A stretch of DNA of 64,000 nucleotides, taken from Oculina patagonica (Eukaryota). Position numbers and translations under genes: made by a program. Position 1 is the stretch's first letter; every line of letters begins with the position of its first letter. The stretch is taken from NCBI RefSeq assembly GCF_052425735.1, contig NC_135761.1, positions 37,882,001 to 37,946,000 of the forward strand, read 5' to 3'. Shown here in pieces: positions 24,819 to 37,856 of the stretch. The notes beneath the pieces are model-generated. The model saw only the letters and a program-made list of their open reading frames with translations, had not been told where the DNA came from and ran no database searches.

Positions 24819-26943
24819 ATGTCATATGCTAAATCTGCATCTGCATCTGCTGCAACCAGTCTGCCTGTTGACATTTATTTCACTGACAATAGCAACAGCA
24901 GGTACCGAAAGTGTCCATTTGGGGCTTCGTTGGGTCGCACTCGGCCAGGCATATACAGAATAAGCACAAAGGCGCAGACCTCAGCCTGGCCAAAGTGGCG
25001 AGACAGGTCGCTGTTGCTGAGAAAAAGGCAACAAGAGGAAACTTGTACCAATGTAGGTACAAGGGCTGCACGCAAATAGTCACTAGAATAGGGCAGCACC
25101 TCTGTCCAAAAATCACAACCTTTAAGACTTACAGAAGACCACTGAGGTGCGGAAAAGATTCATTAAGCTCAATAATAGTAGTGAACAGCCAGCTAAAACG
25201 CTAAAACCATTAACTAAATGCCGGCCACACGTTTAAGAAAGCCAGAAGAACAGACGCGCCAAGGCACTTGGGAGGACAGACAATCTAAGAAGCGAATCTT
25301 TGAGGAGGATGAAGAACTTGAAGAAGAAGCCAGTCTCCGCTATGGTAAGTGAAAGTGAAGATGGAATGATAGAAGACCTAGATGGAAGAAGGCTAGAAAA
25401 ATGGACGCCCAAAGTTACTAGGAAGGACCAAACATCTAAGAAGCAAATCTTCCAGGAGGATGAAGAACTTGAAGATGAAGCCTCTACATCGGAAGAAGAG
25501 GGGAGCTTTCATTCCCATAGGGACTCCGCCATGGAAACTACAAGTGAAGATGGAATGATAGATGACCTCTCCTCAGATGATGGCTCCGACTGGGAAGCGC
25601 CCTTTTGCCATGAAACCTCGAGGGAGTACTACTCCCAGAGGCGACTCTCAAGGGAAATTCGAGACCACTACTTGGCAAATTTCCACCGTTACTTATTGGA
25701 CTTTGTAAGGGGGAGTCTCTCTAAGGAGCAAGCCCTTATACTTGTGCGACAGGTGCACAAACTCCTAAAACGCCTAGACGAAAGTGGAAAGGATCTACGT
25801 TGTCTGGTCAGAAACAAATCTCTAGACATCAGGCAAAACTGTGAAGCTGCATGTTTCTGGAGTTTGTTCGGAGTAACTGTTTTGTAAAAATTCAACTCCC
25901 TTAAAGGCAAAAATTCCATCCACCGGCGTATACACTGAAAGAGGTGGAAGAAATGTAAAGGCGTTTAAATATCGGGGATTTAGCCATGATCAAGAAAACA
26001 CAGTTGGCCAAAAAAGCAATTTCCCTTCTAAAAGATGTTGAAGAAAACAAAATGAGGGATCTGGAACAAAATGAATTCACTCTACTTTGGGACTATCTTA
26101 TCGGTACAGTCATTGTCGAAAACGGGTCACGACCGGGTCCAATAGAAACCTGCAAAGTTAGTCCATTTCATCAAAAGCAATGCGACTCAGAAGTCATGTC
26201 ATCCTAGTTGATGAACACAAGCGATACATTACATTGGGCCAGCAGAACTGGTTGATGAACACACCTACAGTCGTATGCGGATCTATTGCTACTTTCTGCG
26301 CCCAAAGTATGTCCATTGCAGGGAAGAGGACGCCTTGTTTATCAGTGTGAACACGGGAAAACTGTTTGCCAAGGGCACCATCGACAAGTGTGTCCCAGGA
26401 TTTTTCAAGAAGGCAGGATGGAGCCTGACGAGATGATAAGTGTGACAGATTGGCAAGTAATTGCTGACCTGCTAAGTCGCAGCATGGAGACAGCAATGTG
26501 AGACTACGTCTACACCCTCATTAGGCCAGCAAAGCCTACCACCTTTTGATAACTTTCATCAATAAAATATCCACCAGAACGATGTAGAACCCCGACCAAA
26601 GTATTGAAGACCTTTGAGATAACGGCCTGCAGGATGGCGGTTTCAATGAGAAAAATGAGGAAATACAGTAAAAGAGGTCGAGCACCCAGTTAGAAGCTTG
26701 GCGTGTCAGGAAAAGGAGGGTCCATCTAAAGGTATCGCATCCAGAAGTCGTCGCGAGTGGAATGAAAGCGACACGAAAGCTGTAAATGCCTTCTTTGGAT
26801 CAACAACAGGCAAGCTTGAGAGGGATAAGGTTATTAGTCAGTTTGAGAAGAAGGACACCTTAAAGCACGTCCTTGCTAGGGAAGGACGACAGAGGTGCGT
26901 CCAGAAGGTTAAAAGCCTGTTAAGAAAGGAGGCTGGCAAGTAG
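24819..26943 (+). pseudogene. Zinc finger/tyrosine recombinase gene, copy C, with intact SANT/Myb-like C-terminus
   Basis: ENGSRPG at about 26117. C-terminal RREWNESDTKAVNAFF...RQRCVQKVKSLLRK. Confidence 0.75.
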
Positions 26944-29087
26944 CAAGAAGATGGATGCAGAAAAGTATGAAAAGCACATCTTTAGCAATACAGAAATGAA
27001 AAGTGAAAACATCGGTTGGATAAACTTGGGTTTGGCAAACAAACAAATCTTACCTGAGGTGACTCAGCGCTTCTGTGGTAAACTTCCAATCAAAAGAATG
27101 ACAAAACTCCCACTGGGTGCGTTGAATGTGACCCGTGAGTTTAGTGACAGTAAAGGGCAGTGACATCTTGAAAAAGTCCAATGACATTGGTTTACCAAAA
27201 AGAAGGAGGAGCCACATCTAAGGGCAGTTCAAAGACTGCAATAAAGAAGACCTCAAGGCGAATAATGAATGCTTCAACAAAAACTGAATTCCTTTTCAGT
27301 TTTTGTTTTGTTTTGTTTTTCCTCAAAATTCTTTTGATGTAATTGTTAAAAATACTGACAAATTTGGTAGTAAGCTCAAGTCTGATAAATCTTATTTTCG
27401 TCGGTTTCAGCTGACATCCAAAGAGTTCCTAGCAGTTGTTATATATTCATGGTTACAGGTAGAAGTTCCATCCCTGATTGAGTACTGGAACAACGAGGGT
27501 TTCTTTGGTCAAGATTTTGTTGGAGCTTCTGGCACGATCAGAACTCGATTATCAACATTTATTTTTTTACTACCTTACATTTATGTGATTTAGAGCAAGA
27601 TAGACTTAATGAATTACGTTAAGCTAGAAAGGAACCTTATTACGTCCACAACCTGACAAAAACGTGACCAGGATACTTTAAAAAAAGATAGGGGACACCG
27701 TTAGTGATTTAGGGCGTGTGTGGGCTAACTGCTATTGCATTGTAATCTGTTATCAGCAAAAAGACAAGGAGGTTGTTCAACCTGTGCCAACACGTAAATA
27801 CAAAAGCCCCGACTTTGTAAGCATGATTATTGCAATGAGAAACAAGCTGTTCGAGTTGCAAATGGCATCAGAGGAGGACGAACCTACAACAGATGAAGGT
27901 ATCATAAAAATGTGGAAACACAGCAACAAACTGATTTATGGAGATATCAATGTAAGTTACTTCCTTTCAACTAACAGGGCAGGAAAACTGCATGGGAAAA
28001 ATTTATTATACAGCTTTACATCAAAGCCAAAGAATTTCAAAATGCAGTGGCCAATTACACAGTAAAATGGACCCTTGAATGGATGTTGAATGGATCAAAG
28101 TTCCTCTGCACGGAGATACTCATTGCATACAAATTTTTAACGACTTTGGCAGTGAAATAACAGCTTACCGGGTAGGAAGTTCTGGAAAATGTTACGTGAC
28201 AGTATTGGGAAAATCATTTCCCAGTCCAAATCAAATGAAGATGGGTGCAGAAAAGTATGCAAAGCACATCTTTAGCAATACAGAAATGAAAAGTGAAAAC
28301 ATCGGCTGGATAAACTTGGGTTTGGCAAACAGACAAACTTTACCTGGGGTAAGTCAGTGTTTCTGTGGTTAACTTCCAATCAATTGAATTACAGAACTCC
28401 CACTGGGTGCGTTGAATGTGACCCGTGGTTTAGTGACAGTAAAGGGCAGTGACATCTTGGAAAAGTCCAACGGCGTTGGTTTACCAAGAACAAGGAGGAG
28501 TCACATCTAAGGGCAGTTCAAGGACTGCAAAAAAGAAGACCTCAATGCGATTAATGAATGCTTCAACAAAAACTGAATTCCTTTTGATTTTTTTTTTCTC
28601 CAAATTCTATTGACGTTATTGTTGAAAATACTGACAAATTTGGTAGTAAGCTCAAGTCTGATAAATCTTATTTTTGTTGGTTTCAGCAGACATCCAAAGA
28701 GTTCCTAGCAGTTGTTATATACAGGGTGACAAAGTTCCATCTCTGATTAAGTACTGGAACAACAAGGGTTTCTTTGGTCAAGATTTTGTTCGAGCTTCTG
28801 GCATGATCAGAACTCAATTTATGAACATTTATGTTTAACTGCCTTACATTTATGTGATTTAGAGCAAGATAGACTTAATGAATTACGTTAAGCTCGACAG
28901 GAACCTTATCACGTCCACACCTTGCTGATGAGATGGACAAGAAGCATCACCATCACCACCGTCACCACGGAGGAGGATGGCCACCAGTACCAGTGACACC
29001 AGGTGCCAAAGAATCTGCCGTTTGAGTTTGAGTTGTTGATCAGCAGAGTTCACTTTGTTGTTTTAGATATATTTTGTAGACACTGTT

Positions 29088-30110
29088 TTGACTGTAACCC
29101 GTGACGCGGATTATAACAAGGGAGGCGTCAAATTTAAAATTAGTATAGAAGAAAAATGTATTAAGATACCAAAAGAATGCACCGAAGTTTCAGTTGTTGG
29201 CACCTATGAGCACAAATATTGGCTAGAGTTCAGTCTTTTGCCTAAGGGTCATTTCACAGAAGTTGATATCATTTGTCACCCTGTTAAAGCAACAGCCACT
29301 ACACTCCTTATGAGAGTTTGTTATGGCTGCAAAGGAACCAAAGTGCCTTTGATGGGCACTTTAAAACTGCCATGCAGTCCAAATTCAGAACTATTTGTAA
29401 GTCTAGTGTTCCCCCACAACAAATCATATCAATGGGAGGGTTATGAGAAATACACAGTATTTGCTAAATAGAATGCACATGCAATTTTTCGTCCTGGTGA
29501 CGATGGGAAAAAACTCTTTGATTATGTCGGCTCTGTAAAGGAGTTAGAGTGTTGCATTCTTTGTGGGATTTATTGGTATCTTACTGAAAAGTGTGAATTT
29601 GTTGTTAAACCAGATGGGGAGGTCGAGGTCAGTTCTGAGTCGCATGCAGATTGGATGACAAAACCCGCTGATATTGTTGCCTGTCAGGCAGAATGTCAGG
29701 CAAGATTTTTTATTAGCAGGAGTGGGGACTTTAATGTTGGTCTGGGAAGGGCTTTTTTACAACAAGGGAGCCTGATGATGATTAATTTGTTTTTTAGAAG
29801 CCTAGAAGGGCTGCAGAGATTATAGATGCACTTCGCAGAGGGTGGAGAGAATCATTTGGTCCCTTAGAAATAGATATTAAAGTTGATTATGAAAATTTTG
29901 GGGGTTTGCCTTGTGGCATTTCCTTTAAGGATGAATTGCGTGACGCTTTGAAAGACTTAGACGCTACTAATAATTTCATTTAGGTGTCAAAACAAATTTA
30001 AGTTATTGACTTGACGACACACTATTATGATGACGACTATCAACCACCTGGTTATTCTTTTAATGGTCCGAGTGATTATGAGTGTAGTGAAAGTGGTGAA
30101 AGTGAAAGTA
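29088..30110 (+). pseudogene. Unidentified intronless coding remnant (about 300 codons, few disablements)
   Basis: 127-aa ORF whose frame continues past the TAG at 29469 (NAHAIFRPGDDGKKLFDYVG...) and ends in an acidic/Tyr-rich stretch. Confidence 0.45.
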
Positions 30111-32329
30111 GCCTGAAAAAAATGTGACCATGATACGTTAAAAAAGATGGGAGACACCGCTAGTGGCTTAATGTGTGTGTGTGCTAACTGTTACTGCATT
30201 GTAATCCGTCATCGGCAAAAAGTGACCAACATTTCCATCCTTAAACGTTTTTTCCATAACTATGGAAGATAATCAGAAGCTGAGTACTTCTTCAGATGCC
30301 ACACGACAAAATCTAACAATAGCATCAAAAGACAAGAAGTTTGTTCAACCTGTGCCAACACATAGATACAAAAGCCCCAACTTTGTAAGCATGATTATCG
30401 GGATGAGAAACAAGCTGTTTGAGTTGCAAAAGACATCAGATGAGGACGAACCTACAACGGATGAAGGTATCATAAAAATGTGGAAACACAGCAACAAACT
30501 GATCTATGGAGATATCAATGTAAGTTACTTCCTTTATACAGCTTTACATGAAAGCCAAGAATTTATTTGCTCATTTCACAAGCTTCAAAGTGCCTCAGAA
30601 TCAGCTGCACAAGTGGTACATACAAGTTGTTATTTAACCACCAGGATTCTTCTGAAAGGAAGCCATCAAATTAAGCTCCAAAGAGTGGGTCCTCCTGCAT
30701 GGGGAGAATATGATGCATTAATACAATTTATCTTTGTCATCATCTAGTGTTTTTTTTTTTTTTTTATTTTCTTCCAGTGAGAGTTAAAAAAAGGGTTCGT
30801 ACTATTTTGCGCTTTTTTTATTCATGACTTTTCAAAGTTTTCCATGACCAAACTTTTTAAATTTTTCTTGGAAATTTTCAAAAACTGTCTTGGTTTGGGG
30901 TACATTTTGCTTGGTACATTGGTTTTCTTTTATGGAGATATATTACCTTACCAGATTATAACAATTGCTATATTTACCCAACTAGAAAACTAAAATAAAT
31001 GAATGAGTCCAATCATACCACCATATTTTTCCTGGTTACTTTATTTAATGGGATTGAGAGCTTTGGTATTGTTCTCTGTTCAGACCTTTCGCCTGTACTG
31101 CTTTTGTACATAGGGGGAAGCAACCAAAAGCCACATTGCTTTGAAAAGAATATCTACAAAAGATATCGAGGACTGGGGGACTGCACCAAGGGACAGTGCT
31201 ATTGGAGAATCGTGCCAAGACGACATGATGTGCATGCCAACTAAAAACAGAACAGCGGCAATATATGGATAGTATACCATTCTCACTCATTAACTGTCTC
31301 AAATAGTTTAATATTTTTAAGATCTCTTCTTTGATTTACCAGCAGAACTTTTAACCAAAATACTCTGCTTACGTGTAACATATTGTTTTAATAAATCAAA
31401 AAATAAAAAGGAATTTTCCAATCAATACAGATTGCATCTTGCAAGGAATATAATCTTGCAATTTAATTTGACAGAAGCTTTTGTTTTACAGAGAAGTCAC
31501 TTGGAACTGAAAAAGACCTCCAATTCTTGCTTCAGAAAGGATTTTCACATTAACCTTCGTCCAATCTTTGGAGAAAAGATGAACAGTTCAGTCTTGTACA
31601 ATACTTACACATGCAGTGGCATGAGAGTGGGACTTAGAAGGCTTTCGCTTGGATATGTCAAAGACAAAAGTTACTTACAGATCCACGTTAGAATGGAAGT
31701 CTTTTAAAAAACATCCCCATGTAGCTTAGCCTAGCACTGGGGTTTTAAGTGAAATAGAAATTTTAATCACAATGGCGCAACACGCAGGAGGCTATTAAAC
31801 ATTTAATGTCTCTTCCACTTGCAATATACAGGCGTTTACACTTCAGCATTAATATCAGTAATGAGCCAGCAAGTAATGCAAGTCAAGCATCTACCAAGAG
31901 TTCAGAAAGTCCGCATTAGAGAGGAGAAAGCGTGCAAATGTGTCGCCCGGCAATAACTCTGGACCATCCATTTCTGTTTCTCCTACTGTAAAAGCACAGA
32001 GGAAAAGTCCCAGACTAGCCGCGAAAGCTTTAAAGAGCGTTCTATTCAAGAGAGGCAGATGGAAGAACGTTCAAAAAATGAAAAGGCTATCAAAGAGTTT
32101 CGCAAATCAAAGAAAGTGCATACCTTGAAACACCTTGAGGTGTTTCAAAAAAAAAAAAAAAAAAAAAAATTCCTTGAAACACCTTGAGGCAAGAATTTTG
32201 CACCTTCACCACTCCGTGCATTGTGAATTGGAAGCTTTAACCGGTCACAAAAACAGTCCAACTCTTAGTGTATTTCCGAAAAAGGAGAAATTCTTCAGAG
32301 AAGACAGGAAGTTTTCGACCGGTTCAAGT

Positions 32330-33038
32330 GCTGTCTTGTCCCAATGGACATTACAAATTCCAAGTCTTCATGTACAAAACATTCGAAGAAGGAGACACTG
32401 ATTTGAGCTACAAGGCAGTGGAATGTGTGGTTAGTAATTCAGGAGCAAATTCTGGGTTCGTGATGTGCCCTGGCATAGTAGATTATGATGCCATTGCCGC
32501 AGACATTCGCAAATTCAAACATCGATTGTCAAAATAGAAGATTGGCCATGGCGACAGGCAGGTGCTGTGAATAGCAAGTTATGGCACAAACCTTGAGAGC
32601 AACAAGGAATGCCTGACAATGGGGAGGACATCTGCAGAGAATGCAAGCTAGTTTGAAGGAGGTTGTTAACCATGCGTGAGAATAGAAAATACCTAGACGA
32701 AAATGTTCGACAAGAAAGAAAATATGCTTTTTCTAAAGTGCCTTTATCCATCTTGAGCCCAGCAAGTCAAAAAGCAAGTCAGGAGAATGTAAGGAGAGAA
32801 CAAAAGAAGTTTTTCCGAACAGCTGAAATAATGATCAAGAGGACATCTGTCTCTCTGAATGAGAATCAAAACAGCGAACTGTTGAAACTCATCGATTGTA
32901 TTGGGTCGTCTAAGGAAGGCCAAGAAGAGCTCAAAAAAGTATTCAAAGAAGCCATTAATCACAAACCCTGTAGCGGAGCTGCGATTCACGAAATGTGGCC
33001 GATTGAGAAGGCTTTTTTAAAGACCAGAGCAAAAACGG
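32330..33038 (+). pseudogene. N-terminal region of a P-element/THAP9-like transposase
   Basis: VMCPGI..Y, C..C, LSPASQK and ending FFKDQSKNG before a gtaag donor. This resembles the pre-catalytic region of cnidarian P-like transposases (from recall). Confidence 0.5.
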
Positions 33039-33187
33039 TAAGCTAGATCATTTATTAAAAATTCATGGCACGAACTAACACAAACTAACTGGAAGTAAAA
33101 GGTTCCAACTGGAATATCTTTTATTTACCAATCAGACAGACAAATGCACTGGAAGAAAAAGGTTTTAACTGGATTAGTTGAGTAAAA

Positions 33188-33317
33188 TGTTGTCCATCCT
33201 ACCACGAACCGGTCTGCTCATCAAACGGAACAACTTATGACAATGAGTGTCTGTATAAACAGGAAATGTGTGTTCTGCAACTGAACTTCACTCTACAACA
33301 CCCTGGTAGCTGTCAAG
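33188..33317 (+). pseudogene. Orphan Kazal/follistatin-type domain exon fragment
   Basis: CPSYHEPVCSSNGTTYDNECLYKQEMCVLQLNFTLQHPGSCQ followed by a gtaag donor. No convincing acceptor or neighbouring exons. Confidence 0.8.
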
Positions 33318-33714
33318 GTAAGTGGTACTTAAATTTGTTTCTGACAGTTTATTTTAAGCAAACTCTCCGCTCTCCTCTTGCCAACAACAAGGAAGCCGGA
33401 GCAATTGACCATTTTTTCTTTTGCCGTTTCCCCTGAGTTTGCAGTGGTAAAAAATTCTATCACTGGCAAAAATAAAAGGCCTGGGGTTTCTACACAAAAT
33501 TATATCTAGTCTTAAACAAGACCAGAATAGGGAGTACTGCTGGGGAGCAAGAAAAACCAAAAGTTAGAGCCAAAGCAGCGAAAGAGCTCAACCAGCTAAT
33601 TCTTAACAAGAGATGCTAAAGTCATTTTGTTGCAAGTATTGATGGATGAAGACAGTAGATAAGGAAATAAAGAAGCGAGATGAATCAAAGAAAGAAACTG
33701 AATGATGCAAGTGA

Positions 33715-33955
33715 GAAGTGCTTCAAAAGGCAAGAATGTTAACTAGTCTTGGTGATCACCCCAACCTTCTGTTTCTTTTTAGTGCACTTACAAATGGAAA
33801 ATTTCAAAGGTTAAAGCAACACATCCTCAGCAAAGGAATAGTGCAATGCTTTATAATTCAAAGAGAAACAAAGGGAATTGTTAACCAATTAAAGCATCTT
33901 AGAGAAGTGCAGACTCCATAGCTCCTGAAGTTAGAGAAGGAGAAAAGCAAATCCC
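33715..33955 (+). pseudogene. Protein kinase scraps
   Basis: ARMLTSLGDHPNLLFLF (subdomain III-IV-like) and IAPEV (subdomain VIII), with the intervening core deleted. Confidence 0.5.
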
Positions 33956-34374
33956 AATCAAATTTTGGGCATGGAAACCTTAACCAATTTCACTGATTTA
34001 TGGAAGTGGAAATAACAAATGTTCAAATTTTATAACACTTTAAAATTTAGAACAAACGGAATAAATGTATAAACCACCGATTTATTTTCTTTTGTTTTTA
34101 TGATGTCTAGTAACTAGTAATTTATACTAGTTGTGATGCTGTGGCTGCCCTGGGTGCCAATGGGCATAATGGGCAGTGAGTGAGTGAGTGCTGTGGCAAG
34201 CCTGAACATGATTTGTACCTTTGAAAGAAATAACTGAATCACTTATTACAAACTGACGTTTGATTGAGGGAATGCAATTATTAAAAGTGTGTTGCTAATT
34301 TAAGGTATTTTAATATTTTATTGTAATGCGCTGTTGATCATTTTTATGTTTAAAAGCGCAGTATAAATTAATCA

Positions 34375-34434
<60 letters not shown>
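34375..34434. repeat. (ATT)n microsatellite; another at 59417-59454
   Basis: Direct reading. Confidence 0.98.
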
Positions 34435-34436
<2 letters not shown>

Positions 34437-35076
34437 ATGTTGTTTGGAGAGGTGTGAGAAGGAGGCAGGTTCTTGTAACTTTGGCAGCATGATTGGGAGG
34501 TATGAAATGAAATGTTCTCTTAATGAAACAGAATTTGATTTTGAAAATCTAAAAAGAAAAAAATCTTAAGTGTGTGATGAACAACATTACAGCAGTTCAT
34601 CATCCAAAGGGCTAAGTTTGTAACATCATCAATTGTTACATTGTTTGTAAGTGTTTTTGTTCTGTAAGAAATGTAAGTACGGTAACTGGAAGCCTCTGTA
34701 AGTGATGTCAGTAGGTGTACAGTACTGTAAGAAGTTGTAAGCAATTAATTTCTAACTAGGCTTTTTCTTCTCTGTGTCTTACAATTAAAAAAAAACTTGT
34801 TATATGTTCACAATGCAACAACATAGTCTGCCTCACAAGTGGCATCCCCTGCAGGAAACATAACAACATAGCACCACCAAGAAAATTCTAACCCCAAATC
34901 TTCAGACCTTTCAAAATAAATAAAAAATTGCAATTCAGAATGAGTGGCTTATTGAAAAATATGTGCTCTATGCTGACACATTGACATCATCAAACAATAC
35001 AGACAGGCAGCAAGCACAACAAACCCTATTTTCAAGGAGAATCTAAACCTCTTGCCCCGTGCTTTAGGAGGTTTCA

Positions 35077-35675
35077 TCTCCTGGAACAAGAGAAATCTGA
35101 CTTATGTCAAGCTTCAATGGAACATAACAAGTTTACTGTTTATACATTCTTGTTTTTTAAAGTTTTTCTTTTTGTCACTCAAACCCTAGAGGCTGCCGCT
35201 GGGGCACCTCGGATAGGGGAGGTACCCATCAGGGAAATATCTCGTTTTAACTTGTTCTCCAGACATATTCTTTTACACTATTAGGGTAAACGTTAGAATC
35301 ATAATAACTGTATTTTGATATTGGATGACTGTACAAAGAATATACCATAAGAAGTGCACCCAATGATCGCATAAAGATTCACTGCTATGTCTGCAGAAGC
35401 AGCAGTGTGATAATGAAGAACAAGGTTTAATCTCCTGGAACAAGAGAAATCTGACTTATGTCAAGCTTCGATGGAACATATCAAGTTAATTGTTCGTACA
35501 TTCTTCCCTATTTTTAGGAAAGTCAGTTACATTATTAGAGAAAACATTGGAACTATAACAACTGTCTTTGGATATTGGATAACTACAAAGAATGTACCAT
35601 AAGAAGTGCACCCTAAAGTGCGTCAAGTGACAACATAAAAGTTCACTGCTATGTTTGCAGCAGCAGCATGATGAT
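35077..35675. repeat. Diverged direct repeat (units start about 35077 and 35430)
   Basis: atctcctggaacaagagaaatctgacttatgtcaagcttc and downstream blocks occur twice. Confidence 0.85.
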
Positions 35676-36594
35676 GAGCAAAAAATTTAAAAACCCTGCA
35701 GTTTCCTCAAGATCTCCCAAGAATTATTTCCATTATTTAAAAGCATGGACGACTGTACCCCCTGGAAAATGCAAATGGTTTTGTTCTTATGAAAATGAAG
35801 ACTACGATAACCTTTAATCAGACTACATTTCACTTCAAACAAGGTGATGCGTTGCCATCATCCTATGCGTACACGTAAGCTAGCTCTATACATCCTTGCA
35901 ATCCAGTTTGAAATAACTTCTATGTAAATAAGTGTTTAAAAGTTTAAACTGGTTAATATACGTTTTTCTTTCTTCTTTCTTCTTTGTTTTGAGCTGAAGT
36001 CTTATTCGCCTCGAACACAGAAGCTATCGCTTAGGTCTGGTTTGCTTTCAAAACAACTCTTGGCAAAGTAAATACAAATCACAACTTACAACAGTCCTTG
36101 CTGTTTAAATCATTTCTCTAAAATTATCTCCTGGAAACATCTTCGCATCATATCGACTACGTTCGTCCAAAGTAGTTTTACTAGCTGAGCAGCCAGGCCT
36201 TCTGAAAGGTTGAGCAAAAGTGACTCAAAAAAACTTGTGGAAAATTAAAAAAAAGATCGCTCTTGTTGTGAAAAAACATACCCTTTAAAAAAACATGTTA
36301 CAAAACTTTCCCAATGCAGCGATGGCAATACTAAAATTAAACTTAGGTTTAGAGAACTCTGTAGGTCTTCTGTACTTCGAAACGAAAATGAGACAACAGT
36401 GGCAGTCTAGGGATGAGTTTCGCCTGTCACTTCCGCCAATTTGACTCAGTCGCAAAAAATACTGAAGTGTTTTTGGTATTGTAGCTCTAGCAAATGCTTG
36501 GAAACTCAAATGAGACACAGAAACATTAAAGCTTATGATGCAACCCTCATTTCAATGGAAAGGAGCTTTATTTTTTTACAGAACACCATACGTA

Positions 36595-37856
36595 CCGTAT
36601 TTATTCAGCTATAAGCCAAGCGATTTTTTCACCAAATCTTTCAGAAAACAGGTGAAAACTAAACCAAATTGGGGGTTCGGCTTATAGCCAAGTATTTCCG
36701 CCGAAAAAAAATTCCATGGTACTAGAAAAGAGTTGAATTTGAATAAATTATTCATCTATAAGCCGAGCGATAATCGATAAAGAAAAGTAACAAGCATTTG
36801 TAATTAATTCATTGTTCATTACCTTTTATTTAAGTGGCGGCTCCTAAAAAGCCATTTAGTTAAGTGAAGAAACGTTGAGAAAGAAGTCTTTATCCGTCTT
36901 TTCTTCGCTATTTACCTAGTAGGCTGGAACTGCGGTCGTCCATCGGCTCGCTCTGGAATATTATTTTGTCAGCTGTACGTGATCGTCTTTTGAACAGTCG
37001 AGATCGTTCGAAATCTCAATTAAACAATTTCCTCGCAATCTCTTCTACAAGTAAATTTCTGCCTGAGACTGTTTCTTTTCCTTCAGCTTTTTAAAAGTTT
37101 TATGAAGAATCACCGCTAACATGACACTTCAAGAGAAGAAAGAAAGAATCGATTGTTTTGACTTGCTTTGGCGACGTCAGAAACTGACCAATCAGAAGCT
37201 GCTGTTCCCACGCGCTTGGCAAACATTGTAACACGATCTATCAGAAAGCTGCCGGCTGGATGTAATATTTTTGTTCAAAACTAAACTTTTAATGCCACGA
37301 CTTCTCTGCTAAAAGAAACCACTTCAGAAGAGTTTGATTGGATTCAAAATACTCGACAAATACCGGCAACAGCACAGCGTTTCGTGTTGATAACATCTGA
37401 AGTTCATCAGCTTGATCCGCTCGCTGGCGACTTGCGAAATATTTTGCAACGAACTGAACAGTATTCATCCCATATTCTCTGGCGATTTTGCAGTTGTTTT
37501 GAACGGTCTCTACCTCAGCAACAACTTTCATCGGAAGGTTTTACTTTAGTTGTTTGAAAACTAGTAGCTTTTGGTATGATGATCGATAACCACTTTATTC
37601 TTCAGAAGAATGCGTGATTGTTTGAGATGGGATTCTAAACTCAGGTGAATTTTTTGTCATGCATATGTACAGTTCTAAATAAATTCATCTTTTATTAGTA
37701 ATTTCTTTTGTTGTTTCTTCAATTGCATACATGAAGTTGAAGGAAAAACTGGGTCTCGGCTTATAGCCGAGTGTTTTGGGTTTATTTTTTGTCAGACTCG
37801 AACTGGTTCTGAAAACCGAAAGTTTAGGGTCTCGGCTTATAGCCGAATAAATATGG
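36595..37856 (-). mobile_element. Non-autonomous pogo/Tigger-like (Tc1/mariner) element
   Basis: TIR ccgtatttattcagctataagcc / ggcttatagccgaataaatatgg, with TA at the left flank. Subterminal cggcttatagcc repeats. HTH remnant KVVAEVETVQNNCKIAREYG. Confidence 0.8.
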
